64,000 bases of DNA from Octopus sinensis (Eukaryota): positions 19,964,001-20,028,000 of the forward strand of contig NC_043008.1 of assembly GCF_006345805.1 (NCBI RefSeq), written 5' to 3'. The translations under genes were made by a program, and so were the position numbers. Below the pieces are notes generated by a model that was not told the DNA's origin, made no database searches, and saw only the letters and a program-made list of their open reading frames with translations. Shown here one piece after another: positions 12,062 to 24,275 of the stretch (its first letter is position 1; every line of letters starts with the position of its first letter).

Positions 12062-13479
12062 CACCGTTATACATATACGCCCAAATACACACATATGCAT
12101 ACATAAAGTACAGTTATCAATAATGTATATACACATGTAAGTCTGTATGTGTGTCTGAGGGCTGGTTAATCGCTATATAATTGTGTGGTTGAAGTTTCAT
12201 CCTTCAAAACAACGAGGCATTGGGTTGAAATGAAGCGATTTTATTTAGAAATCCATGTTTGGGGGAGTTTGCATGCAGTTTGCTTTTGGCAAGATGCATT
12301 GTGTTGTTCTTTGTTGAGTGGAAGCCATGTAATATTCAGGATTTTTTAGACGTTGCATGCATTCGTGTGTGAGTAAACGCTCTCCGCTACATATAGCGCA
12401 TGTTATTGTTGCGTGGACTCAATTTGCAGCAGTTAAATTTATCCATTTATTTTAAAGCTTTAACATTTTATATTTCAGTGAATCTTGCATAAATGGAAGT
12501 CGGGGAAGCAATGTTCCGTCAGTAATTTGAAGTGTTCTCAGTGTTTGTCACAAAAGTAATAATATATGAATGTAGTTGAGAATTATTTGTAAAAATAAAC
12601 GTGGGTACAATAGAGGTACATGTATTAAAGTTCACGAAAAACATAAAAAAAAAACAACTTCGAAATCGGTGAGAATTACACACAATCCTAAATTGAATGG
12701 CATCATATACTAAAGTTAGCACTTGACTTTTTTTCCTGAAATGCTAGTTCCGTTGTAAGAGAGAGAGAGAGATGAAAAAAGAGAGAAAGAAAGCTAGTAT
12801 TCGCTGTTTCAAATTATACGCTATCTGGCGTTTCTGCTGGCCACTTAAATGTTGACAATGGTACATCAAAGAAACAAGACATGACAACATAGCGTTTATT
12901 TTTGTCTTTATATAAACTCAGAATAAACTATGAAAGGACATTTCAGTATTTAAAGGCAAAAAATAAATGTAGGCGTATCATACATAATACCAATAATCTT
13001 CAATTCCAAATCAACCATTAAATGTTATGTAAAGACTGTTAAAACCATGAAAGAACAAACAAAACTAGGAAGGCTCCGATATAACATTTAAACATGATAA
13101 ATATAAATCCCGATATAGCATTAACAGTTGAATGCCTCTGTTAAACAACACTATAATGTTATATCCCACTTTTTGTAAATCACTGAAATTAACGCCATTC
13201 TTATTATATAGCATTGTTGAAGACAGAGTTGTATATGTGTGAGGACATACATATCGTAGAAAAGTTACTGCCTGTTCGTTCACCTTGCGCTGCTTCTTGG
13301 GAAAAACTATCTATGATAGATTCGAATAAACGTTAGATTTTTGGAGAAATTGTCTAGACCCAAGCGGATGGCAGTCCCATTGAATGTCTTACATGCGGAA
13401 TTTGGAGATCTCCTGTTTTAAATATCATCCAGTACCTCTCCTCTCATTGTTACTGCAATTCACCCATTTCTAAGTATAT

Positions 13480-13690
13480 TGGTTTAAAATTTTAGAACGA
13501 AACAACGATTTCGATAGAGGGGTGTAAGTCGACTTCATCTTCCCCAGTGCATAACTGGTACATATTTTATCGACCCCGAAAGAATGAATGGCAAAGTGGA
13601 AACCGGTGATATTTGAACTCAGAACGTAATGTCGGTAGAATGCTACTGAGCATTTTTACCGGCGCGGTAAAGATCCTCCAACTCTCCGAC
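13480..13690 (-). mobile_element. Degenerate SINE A'
   Basis: AACTGGTAC..TTATCGACCCCGAAAG..GGCAAAG..TTTGAACTCAGAACGTAA as in the other minus copies. Confidence 0.7.
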
Positions 13691-14321
13691 TTTACTTGTA
13701 AATATACTTAGACAAATCACCGCTCCAGAATTCTTACTCCTACCGGATTGCTCGAGACCCTAGAAAAGTTCAGTGATGTGGCCCTTTCTCTTCTGGGTAA
13801 GACCTAAAACTGTATATATTAAAACACTTGAGTGTAACGTTTCTATCACTAGATTTAGGGGAAGAAAAAATGCCATCTTTGTGATTGTTATTCACATCTC
13901 CATTATGTAGTAGCAATTTACTCCCTTATAGACTACTGATTATGACATATCATACTCCACAGCGCTTACTACCATACAAACTTATACGTTCAGAAACTTC
14001 TCTCTTTATATTCAAAACTAAATTTGCTTATGAACAAAATTAACACTCTTCTAAAATATAACGTATTTCTAAAGCTCTCGCATCATCAAAATGTCCAAGA
14101 GAGGATTTATAGTAGAATTTATGTAACTTCACATTTAACCAATTGGCACTGATTCTATCTGTCAGGAAATAATGAGATATGCAATGTAAATATCCGGCGA
14201 CAAAACCAAATACTGCCAGGCACCTGTCTCTATCACTATTCACACTTGAATGTTCTTATCATAAATATTATTAATACGGCATTCTCAGAGCCAGTAAAAT
14301 ATGGCAAACACTGAAAATTAT

Positions 14322-14475
14322 GAGGTTAGCGGGCTCAAACGTTAGCACGCCGGACATAATCCGTTGCGACATTTTATTCGTTTCTACACGCTGAGTTCAA
14401 ATTCTGCAGAAATCGTTTTGGCCTTTAATTCTTTCGGGGTGAGCACTGGTGTCGTTGTAATCGATTTATCTCCTA
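14322..14475 (+). mobile_element. Degenerate SINE A'
   Basis: AAACGTTAGCACGCCGG..CTGAGTTCAAATTC..GCCTTT..CTTTCGGGG. Confidence 0.65.
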
Positions 14476-14539
14476 CACGAAATGTTAATATTTGTTATTT
14501 TTTATGTTTAGTTACAATTCTTTCTGCTTTAGGCGCAGA

Positions 14540-15412
14540 ACCTAACATATTGGAGTAGTGGGGAAGTCCATTATATCGACATCAGTGGTCGCAATCTACT
14601 TATTTATCGCCCCCGATGAAATGCAAAGTCGACTACGGCTTAATTTGAACTCCTTGTTTACAATATTACCCGGAAACAAAATGAAAAAAAATAGTGCAAC
14701 GCATGTCAAGTAATCAACTTACCACACAGCCACTCCTACGCCTATATAAAAATGGAATTGTTGGGTCGAATTCCTCACCAGAAATAATGACTCAAATTTT
14801 GGCTCAAGAACAATAGTTTTAGAAGAGAGGGATCTAGTCCATTACATGCGCGTTGTTACTTGACTAGTACATATATCATCTACTACGAGAGAATGAAATG
14901 TAATGCCCAAGCCGAGGGAATTTGAGCCCAGAGCAAAGCTGATTTTCCGACGTTCTACTATCTGTATTATTTCTTTCAAATTTTGGCACAAGGCCTGTAG
15001 TTTGGGGTCGTAAAAGTTAATTACACCGTCCCCATTGCTCGACCGCTACTTATTTTATCGAACCCAAAAAGATGGAAAACAAAAATTGACCGCACCGTAA
15101 CTTGAACTCAAAATGTAAAGATGGACGAAATACCGCTAAACGTCTTCTCTGGTTTACCTACGCCTCTTCCTGCTCATAGACTTTACTCTCCGCCAGGAAT
15201 ACTGGTTTAAATTTTTGACACAAGGCCAGCTTTTTTGAGGAGTGGGGAATTCGATTATATCGATCCGAATGTGCAAATTGTACTTCTTTATCGACTCTGA
15301 AATGATGAAATGCGAAATCGACCTCGGCGAAACACGAAGTCAGAAGATAAAGACGGACGAATGCTGCTGAGCATTTTGCCCCGAGCCCTAACAATTGATC
15401 CTGCTCGCCGTC
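14540..15412 (-). mobile_element. Cluster of about four old SINE A/A' relics plus a 37-bp SINE-B head (14708-14744)
   Basis: Recurrent degenerate motifs AAAGTCGAC, TTTGAACTC and TTTATCGA at about 14540, 14800, 14980 and 15198. Confidence 0.55.
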
Positions 15413-15552
15413 TTTTCTCTCCGCTAGTTATATGAAAGCAAAATACGCGATTCTTAAGAAAATACATGAAAAACTATATAAATAAAAATCGAAAATATCT
15501 GCGTCAAGAAAGTTTTGTAACTGCTAATAAATAATAAGAAATGTGCCTAGTC

Positions 15553-15777
15553 AGGCTCATGGGCACGGTTTCCCGGATTCAATGGCGTATGTGTTCCCCA
15601 GCTGGAAGGGATGTCAGTCCATCGCAGCTTTACTCTTTTATGCCAGCTGAATGGATGGGAGCAACGCGAAATGAAGTGTTTTGCTCAAGAACACAACGCG
15701 TCACCCGGTCCAGGAACCGAAACCACAATCTTACGATCATGATGCTGACGCCTTAACCACTACGTCACGCGCCTCCA
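15553..15777 (-). mobile_element. tRNA-derived SINE, family C group
   Basis: Minus head GGAGGCGCGTGACGTAGTGGTTAAGGCG..GGTTTCGGTTCC, then the C central block. Confidence 0.75.
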
Positions 15778-16284
15778 CTTGTAACTGCAAAAGATCGGCT
15801 TTATTAAAGGATCAAAGACCTGCACTTTTGACTAGTCTAGTGACGTAATTTTATGAGCGCTACCAGAGATAAATAAATATCCCTTGTGAAAGCAAGATAT
15901 CGAAATATCACACAAATTGATTTCCATATATCTTATTGGATACGTTTATTTAAATACCGAAAAATCAAGCGATTGTTTGTCGCGCATTTTTTTACTATAT
16001 GACCTTCATGGAGCCTAATCACATGTCTTTCTATTGCTTGATCGATAAATTTGCATTCTTCTTCTTCACAACATTGCAGACCAGACATTCTATTCTGACT
16101 TCAAGCTGATATAACGTTCTATAAATAGTTTCGCACCATTCAGCTATTCATTAGCTGTCACATAATCATTTCATTATTCAATAAATATCCATGAGTATAA
16201 TGCTACTAACACCGCTACCACATTGATGATGGCTGCAACGCCGTTATTAATGATGATGATGAGGAGGAGGAGGAGGAGGAGGCA

Positions 16285-16703
16285 CGAGGCCGGACATTTG
16301 GGGGGAGGGGATAAGTCCAATGGTAGTTAATTTATCGATCCCGAAAGGATGAAATACAAAGTCGACTTCGACGGTATTTGAATTTAAAAGGCGGTGAGCT
16401 GGCAGAAACGTTAGCACACCGGGCGAAATGCTTAGCGGTATTTCGTCTGTCGTTACGTTGTGAGTTCATATTCCGCCGAGGTCGACTTTACCTTTCATCC
16501 TTTCGGGGTCGATAAATTAAGTACCAGTTACGCACTGGGGTCGATGTAATCGACTTAATACATATGTCTGTCCTTGTTTGTCCCCTCTATGTGTAGCCCC
16601 TTGTGGGTAGTAAAGAAATAGGTATTTGAAATTAAATGTAGCGCAGATGAAATATCGCTAAGCATTTCATCCGGCGTGCAAACGATTCTGCCACCTCGCC
16701 ACC
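16285..16703 (-). mobile_element. Older SINE A' split by an opposite-strand SINE-A insertion
   Basis: Halves at about 16285-16388 and 16621-16703 rejoin into one minus-strand copy. Confidence 0.7.
16389..16620 (+). mobile_element. SINE family A, full length, 16-bp TSD
   Basis: TSD GGTATTTGAA(T/A)TTAAA at 16373-16388 and 16621-16636. Confidence 0.9.
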
Positions 16704-16704
16704 T

Positions 16705-16752
16705 TAATGATGATGATGATGATGATGATGATCATAATAATAATAATAATAA

Positions 16753-16783
<31 letters not shown>

Positions 16784-16879
16784 AAGAAAGAAGAAGAAGT
16801 AGAAGAGAAGAAGAAGAAGAAGATGTAGAAGATGGAGAAGTAGAAAAGGAAGAAGGAGACGAAGAAGAGGCTGTAGAAG

Positions 16880-16911
<32 letters not shown>

Positions 16912-17135
16912 GAAGAAGAAGAAAAAAAATAGTAGAAGAAGAAGAAGAAGAAGTTGGAGAAGTAGAAAAGGAAGAAGGGGACGAAGTAGAAGCAGTAGAA
17001 GAAGAAGAAGAAGAAGAAGAAGGAGAAGAGGAAGAAGGAGAAGAAGAACAATAAAAAGAAGAGGAAGGGGAAGGGGAAGAAAAGTAGAAGAAGGAGAAAA
17101 GAAGAAGAAAAAAGAACAAAGAGGAGAAAGAAGAA

Positions 17136-17166
<31 letters not shown>

Positions 17167-17170
17167 AGAA
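16705..17170. repeat. Compound (GAT)n-(AAT)n-(GAA)n/polypurine tract
   Basis: Read directly; about 415 bp of near-pure purine on the + strand. Confidence 0.95.
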
Positions 17171-17298
17171 GGTTGACTTTGCCTTTCATCCTGTCGAGGT
17201 CAACAAAATAAGCACCAGTTTACTATTGAGATCGATGTAATAGACTATGTCCTTCCCCAAAATTTCAGACTTCCTGCCTATAAAAGCAAGGATTATTT
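17171..17298 (+). mobile_element. 3' half of SINE A'
   Basis: GGTTGACTTTGCCTTTCATCC..GATCGATGTAATAGACT..CCTTCCCCAAAATTTCAG. Confidence 0.65.
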
Positions 17299-18404
17299 TC
17301 ATTATTATGATTATTGTCATTATTCCTACATTGTGCTTATGTAAATATAGTGTTATGTCAACAATATCTCTTTGATTATCTAACTACAAATTACGTGAAA
17401 CGCTTTTATTACCGCATTGATTTACTGTGGACATGCCTTTTAACATATCGCCTAAGAATATATTATTATATTTTACGCCCTTTCTTTATTTCCTTTTAGT
17501 TTTTCATCTCATTTTGATACATTGCTTAGACTACTTAGGCGATCTTGTAAATAGGATCCGTTGCACATGTTATACAGTAATATATTTAAATCAATATCTG
17601 TGTGTGTGTATGTTCATGACATGCATTAGTTTACAAATGATTATTTCTAATGCTGAATATAATGAATAAGGAGAGAAGAGAGAGAGAGAGATCTCGACAA
17701 AGTGGGCTGGGACTGTTAATTACCTGCATCTAACTCCAAGGTCATTAAGCGAAACATTTGTCTCACTTTACGGTATTGTGGGCTTAACATTAATGACCGA
17801 TCACAAGTATTTTTTTAAGGTGATATTTCAACTAATGCTATGAAATTGCTAAAAGGTGAGCTTGATGTTGGATTAGCATGTGCTTTAAGAGAGAGAGTGA
17901 GAGAGAAAAAGAGAGAGAAGACGAAGAGAAGGTAAGAGCTTGATAAAGAGAAACAGAAAGAGTTAGTGAGAGAGTGAGAGACTGAAAAAGAGGGATTGAG
18001 AGAAAGACAGAGAATGTAAGCTATGGATGTTTGGCACTAATACACTGTGTGTATGTCAAACATGCATACACACAGATATAGTGTGTATATGTATACATAA
18101 ATATAATTAACATACACACAGACACTCACAAAACCCCGTACACTTCTATGTAAACAATTGCATAGACATACACATGTCCGCACATACCTCCATATATACA
18201 CACATATATAGATGCACACACATACATTCCTATGCATATACAAACACACACTTACATTGGTACATGGAGGTGGATCTCCATATTATATTGCTTCCTATCA
18301 ACAACCACTGGAACGTTTGTCAGTTGGTGAATGGTTTCAGAAATAGAGATATATATCCTACTTTATTTCACTCTGATTTATTCTTCATTCTTCTTCCTAT
18401 GTTT

Positions 18405-18540
18405 CATGCTCTAGTGGTTAGGGTATCGGGTTCACAATTCTAAGGCCATGAGTTCGATTCACGGCCGCGCTTTGTGTCTTTGAGCAATGCACATTCTTTT
18501 ACGTGTCTTAATTCCGCTCAGCTGGGGAAAATGAGTTGCT
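18405..18540 (+). mobile_element. 5' part of a family C SINE
   Basis: CTAGTGGTTAGGG..GAGTTCGATTC..TTGAGCAATGCACATT..CAGCTGGGGAAAATGAGT. Confidence 0.65.
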
Positions 18541-18769
18541 TCGAGTGGTGAAAGTAAGTACGTATTTGTGTATCTGTGTGTATTTGTGTATATGTATATT
18601 TGTCATTGTTCAGTTTTATTTCAAGATCTCTAACCTACTTTCAAGGCCAATTCATTGGAAGTTCAACATCAACAATAGGGTGTATTTGTTTTGTATTTAT
18701 GTATGCATTCTCATGCATGCAGTTGCATACCTAGACGTGCTCATATATATTTCAAAACTTCCAGATTTT

Positions 18770-20280
18770 TATTTGGCAAAATATGCCAAAGCAACCACGA
18801 AAAGAAAACTAATTAAGAGTAGCAACATCACACTAGATTAAGCAAATGAAATAAGAGAATTAGACTAAAGCTATGCATACTTAGGAATCAACGAACTAGA
18901 TACGATACAACACCCACAAATGAAAGGGAAGATAATATGAGTATACAATAAACGAGTTAGATTAATACTAAAAACTGAGATCAGTGTGAAAGACAAGATA
19001 ATAAGTATCAACACTCTAGTAATCCCGGTTATAATTTACAGCCACAATATTCTTAACTGGATACTAAATCAAAATAGACAGAAAAACATCAAAAATAATG
19101 ACAGGATTTAGGATGTACCACACAAAATCTGACATATAAAGATTATACATACTTATACAGCTAGAAAACTGTTTACAAAATAATCACCATACGACCACAG
19201 AAATACCTTCATCAGAAGCAAGGAAGAGTAATACAAAGAGCCACAAAACACGGACAAAACAAAGCAACAGTTTTTAGATTTTAAGGAAGTTGACAAATAC
19301 AAAAAGAAGTCATAGTACTTAACAACTATGAAGAAAAACAAACGCTGTAAAACAACTGAAATCCAACCTAAAACTTGAATAGCAACGGATCATGATAAAA
19401 CGATGGCAAGAAAAGCCTCTTTACGGCAAATACTGGATTAAACTAAACAAGAATGACATAAAAGATAGCAAAATCCCAACAATAAATGTGAAGCTCATGG
19501 CTCAAAGCAAAGACTGAATCATTTTTAATTGCAGCACAAGACCAAAGCTTTCCCAACCGAAATCACCAGAAAAATGTGACGAAAAGAAATATTACAACTA
19601 ACTGCAGAATATGTGGAGATGAACACGAAACAATAAATCATATTGTCTCTGACTGCCCAGTTCAGCTAAGATGAAATATATTCACAGCCGCGAGAGAGTT
19701 GGGACTTAGATACACTGGAAGCTGTGTCAGCACTACGGAATAACAACAGAAAAAAGATGGTATAAACACACGCCAGAAAACGTCACAGAAAATGAGAAAG
19801 CAACAATACACTGGGATATAATGTTACACACAGACAGAGAAATTAAGGCCAATGTGCCGGATATGGTTGTCAGAGATCATCGAAAAGAAAAAATGCTTTC
19901 TAATTGCTGTATCAATACCAGCAGATGACAACGTGTTTCTAAAACAGATGAAAAAGTTTCGCTAAAAGAAACGGAGAGACTTTCAAAATACAAAGACCTG
20001 GAAATAAAAGTAAATCGAATATGGAGCCTAAAAACAGAAGCAATTCCTATCATAGTAGCTGCATTAGGGATGATCAGCAAATATTCAGACAAATACATAA
20101 CGAAAATACTAGGACTTACAAATATATATAACATACAAAAAATAGCGCTACTAGACACCGCACACATCCTGCGTAAAACATTTTTAATACAGCAAAAATG
20201 AGAACATCACAACAAACCACAGCATATAACTAAGACAGAGCTGCGTTCCGTTGTGCAGTGAAAAAATAAGACTACTCAAC
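18770..20280 (+). mobile_element. Degenerate R4/Dong-clade non-LTR retrotransposon, 3' half
   Basis: Translatable patches colinear with 47570-49011: AKAT..YLGI, INTLVIPV, CRICGDEHETINHIVSDC (CCHC), TDREIKAN, SKYKDLEI, IPIIVAALG, TAHILRK; many stops and frameshifts. Confidence 0.8.
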
Positions 20281-20349
20281 AACAACAAAGTAGCAGCGAA
20301 CAATAATGATGCCGATATATATCAAAATATACAATATGTTTTTTTGTCA

Positions 20350-20492
20350 GTGGGTGTCCCCCCAACATCACTTTACAACCGATGCTGGTGTGTTTACATC
20401 CCCGTAACTTAGAGGTTCGACAAAAAAGACCGATAGAATAAGTACTAGGCTTACAAAGAATAAGTCACATGACTGAAACAAATAAAAGAGTA
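20350..20492 (+). mobile_element. 3' half of SINE B with internal deletion
   Basis: ACAACCGATGCTGGTGTGTTTAC..GATAGAATAAGTACTAGGCTTACAAAGAATAAGTC..AAAAGAGTA. Confidence 0.8.
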
Positions 20493-20768
20493 TATATATA
20501 TATATATATATAAATGAGTGTATTTTTACCTTGTTAACAATTAACTCGGAAAAATAAATAAATAGTTACCAGGGCAGCAGAAATCTCAGAAGTAAAGGTG
20601 AGTAACTCCTTGTTTATAAAGGTAGAAACTTCGTGTTTACGTTGAATATTTTGAATAATATGAATAAAAAATGGAGTTAACGCAGGTGTAATCAAATAGT
20701 TTTACTTTCGACACATGTTTCGAAAATTCCACTGATACTATTCAAAAGAATAAATGGTATAATCAATG

Positions 20769-21000
20769 CAAATATTCCAGGTATTCTTTTCTAGTGTATT
20801 ATTCTGGAATATGCATGGAAGCCTCTTATGGTTAACCACTGCAATATTATCCGTTAGTGTGCATGTAGTTGAATACAATTTTTTTACTATGGCTGTTGAA
20901 GCTCTATTAGAATGATGTAAATCTTTTTCGCATGCACCATATAACACTTCGAAAAAATCATTAATTATGTTAATAGCGTTAGGAGGATTATACCAGGTTA
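20769..21000 (-). pseudogene. PLE RT-endonuclease linker fragment (second copy at 21672-21904)
   Basis: TWYNPP..F..L..SNRAS..VKKLYSTT..DNI..VNHKRL resembles the PLE pattern IWFNPP..NRNTVKISYS..N..II..HNK.IL; alignment by eye. Confidence 0.6.
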
Positions 21001-21190
21001 AAAGACCAGAATGAACAATTTCATTTAGAATGGTTGATTCTCTCAATTTCCATACCATATGACAAAGGCAAGAAATTCTGTCTTCTCTGCAATTCTGAGC
21101 TATTATTTTTTCTAAAATTACTCTAGTAAACGCGGTTATAGAGCGAGCATACAGATGTAAGCATTGGCAAAAACATACATTTAGTGCATA
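20998..21190 (+). pseudogene. C-terminus of a Penelope-like GIY-YIG endonuclease
   Basis: LKDQNEQFHLEWLILSISIPYDKGKKFCLLCNSELLFFLK, then after a frameshift LVNA..E..RCKHWQKHTF; carries the W..L....Y..G.K.CxLCxxE and C(R/K)H motifs typical of PLE endonuclease ends. Confidence 0.7.
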
Positions 21191-21377
21191 TATAATTTAA
21201 ATTTTAATTTCCTTTATATTTAACATTCACTATTAATATCCCTACTCGTTCTGTTAGCTACTTATGACGTTATATCATATAACGTTTTTTTAAACAATAT
21301 TAATAGCGTTCTGTCTATCGCTATACAAATCCATCATTTTTTGCTAAAATGTCTTATTGACGAGTTTCGTTTTTATC

Positions 21378-21463
21378 ACTTTCCTGAGGAGAAGATTGCA
21401 TTGCTTATACCATTTATTCTTTTGAATAGTATCAGTGGAATTTTCGAAACATGTGTCGAAAGT
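21378..21463 (+). ncRNA. Type I minimal hammerhead ribozyme, canonical core
   Basis: Stem I ACUUUC/GAAAGU (6 bp); core CUGAGGA; stem II closes GAAGAUU/AAUUUUC; GAAAC-AUGU-GUC, with predicted cleavage after C21457. Confidence 0.8.
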
Positions 21464-21502
21464 AAAAATATTTGATTACACCTGCGTTAACTCCATTTTT
21501 TA

Positions 21503-21546
<44 letters not shown>

Positions 21547-22419
21547 CATATAAGTATATGCATACACACGTACAAACCCCCATATCTATGTATGCAAGTA
21601 TAAAATTATGTTGTTGCTTTGCACACCACACGTCATTAACAATTTTGTGACCATTCACTTAAGGTATATATCAAATATTCCAGGTATCCTTCTCTGGTGT
21701 ATTATTCTGGAATATGTATGTAAGCCTCTTATGGTTAACCACTGCAATATTATCCGTTAGTGTGCATGTAGTTGAATACGAATTTTTTTACTATGGCTGT
21801 TGAAGCTCTATTAGAATGATGTAAATCTTTTTCGCATGCACCAAATAACACTTCGAAAAAATCATTAATTATGTTAATAGCGTTAGGAGGATTATACCAG
21901 GTTATCTATGTTTTTTATACTGTATTTTTGTTTCCCTATAACTTTCGGCACTGCTATACTTTTAAGCATGCAAGGTAAAATTTCAATATTTACTTGCAGT
22001 GGATATAAACATAAATAACGTTTTAAAAATTCTCCTCCAAAATTATTTAGTATGTCTTCTTACTTGTCAGTAGGGAAGAGAGAAGAAATATTTAGCAAAT
22101 ATCAACATTTTATAGTAATTTGGGGTATCGTAAATGTTAAAAAATTCAGTGTAGCTCTGCATCTCTAAATAGAAGAGGAAAATAAAACAATAAATAAAAA
22201 AACTTTGCGATTTTATTTATAGTTTCGCACGTAGTAAATAGCAGTTATTATGTGCTGTATTCGAGTTCGTACTTAAGTGGCTGATAAATATCCGGTTTAC
22301 TTCATGTAATGCATACTTGCCGTATCTCAAAGATATATGAAGATGATTTTCATGTGGAGAACGATCCATGTTTCGGCAACTTAGACATACATATATACAT
22401 GCCAACACACAAAAGCACA

Positions 22420-22587
22420 CAGATACGCAAATACACACACACATACACACACAAACACACACACACACAGAGACATATATATATACATATATACATATAC
22501 ACATATACATGCATCTATATATATATATATATACATACATACATATATATATATAAACATATATACTTACATACCTGTATATATATG

Positions 22588-22631
<44 letters not shown>

Positions 22632-22850
22632 ACATATAAGTATATGCATACACGCATACGCCCCCCTCATATATATATATATGAGGGTGTGTGTATGCGT
22701 GTATGCATATATATATATATATATAAAAGTATGTATGTACATACATATATGTATATATATATATGTGTGTGTGTGTTTGTGTGTGTGTATGTATATACAT
22801 ACACGTACTATGAATACTATACATATATATACATTACATATATACGCGTG
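22420..22850. repeat. Long compound (CA)/(TA)/(TG) microsatellite field
   Basis: Read directly from the sequence. Confidence 0.9.
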
Positions 22851-23657
22851 AGTGTATGTGCAGAGACATATGTAGGACTTAGCAGAAAAGAGCTAGATAT
22901 TTACAGGTGTCATAAGCAGCAAGATAAACCAGAGAACATAAAATGTTTGTGATTTATACTCAGATAAACCACCGTTTGACCTTTAAAGGGGTTCAAAATA
23001 AGAAGTGCTTTACTTTTCATCATAGTAGCAACACCTTCTCACATATGTTCCTTGTGTGTTCTGTTTTTTAGCCTCCAGGTGGTGATGCTCCTGCTGCTCC
23101 TAGATCAAAGACATTCCTCTCCGCTACATATGATGCCATTTTAATTTTTTTCTTTCATACGATATCTCTAGAAGTACATTATCTAATATGTTCCTTTTAC
23201 TAAAGCCCCTGCATATGAATGGCTACTTGTAAGCAGGTCAAACTATCACACAGAGGTTTCCTCGCTAGATTTGTATATGTGAATTGTACACCGCTGCGAG
23301 CGGAATACGTTCCGTATTGATTACCATCAATTTCTCGGCGCCGTGTTATCTTCAGGCATTGAAGATAGTAACCTCAGTTATAGAAACACAACTTTGTCTA
23401 TGTTATTGATGCGGGTCAATGTGAGATGTCATCAAAGAACATCAGGCATGGCGTTTTAAAAGTATCTGAAGTGTTTCCTTGCAGGAAATCACATTCTCTT
23501 TAAATATAGAAAATGGAAAGCGGTGATCTGGCTTCAATATGTATAGAAATTGAGTATTGATCAATATTAAATGAGAACTTTTCATAAAGTTCTCATTTCA
23601 GATTCTTTTGAAGACTGTTAAACTTCAATTTATTCACAAAGACTCACACACATGCAT

Positions 23658-23701
<44 letters not shown>

Positions 23702-23857
23702 GCATGCACACACACAAAAGTACACACACTCGCACGCAATCACACGCACTTGCACTCGCACATCACTCTCACACACACATATATGTGTCTATATATATAT
23801 TTATATTTGTGCGTATGTATCTCTCTTTCTAACGTTATCTCTCCCCCGCTCTCTCTC

Positions 23858-23895
<38 letters not shown>

Positions 23896-23924
23896 TTTAT
23901 ATATATAAAAGGAGAGAGAGAATG

Positions 23925-24275
23925 ATCAATATGACCACGGAAGCCATTCAAACGCATGGTTGGAAAGTGCTGCCACACCCATCGCACTCTCCTGATTTGG
24001 CATCACGGATTTCCACCTCTTTCGATCTCTTTCAAATGCTATGCGCAGAGTTTCGTTCAATACTGATGCAGAATTGAGAGCTTGGTTGGATCAATTTTTC
24101 GAGTCGAAATCGGATTATTTCTACCAAAGAGGTATTGAAAATCTTGTTGACCGTTGGGAAAAAGTTGTAAACAACAAGGGTGAATAGATTATTGAGTAAT
24201 TATTTGTTATTTTTTTATAAAATCTTTAAAAAAATTTAAATTAAAAAAACCGTGGGAACGTTGTTGCCAATCTAA
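23925..24275 (+). mobile_element. Mariner transposon 3' fragment with right TIR
   Basis: GWKVLPHPSHSPDLA (YSPDLAP motif), then after a frameshift DFHLFRSLSN..FF..K..FY.RGIENL.DRWEKVVNNKGE; ends GTTGCCAATCTAA followed by TA. Confidence 0.85.

Larger units (their letters stand above)
20513..22130. mobile_element. Rearranged Penelope-like element (Neptune/Poseidon-type) remnant
   Basis: 114-bp inverted repeat (20658-20771 / 21396-21509, 2 mismatches); 232-bp direct repeat (20769-21000 / 21672-21904); GIY-YIG-type C-terminus on +, WYNPP linker on -, hammerhead in the 3' region; (TA)n flanks. Confidence 0.75.

Noticed and set aside
12380-12394. 15-nt exact match CTCTCCGCTACATAT with about 23117
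   Set aside because: One or a few 15-mer matches are expected by chance in 64 kb, and the flanks do not align.
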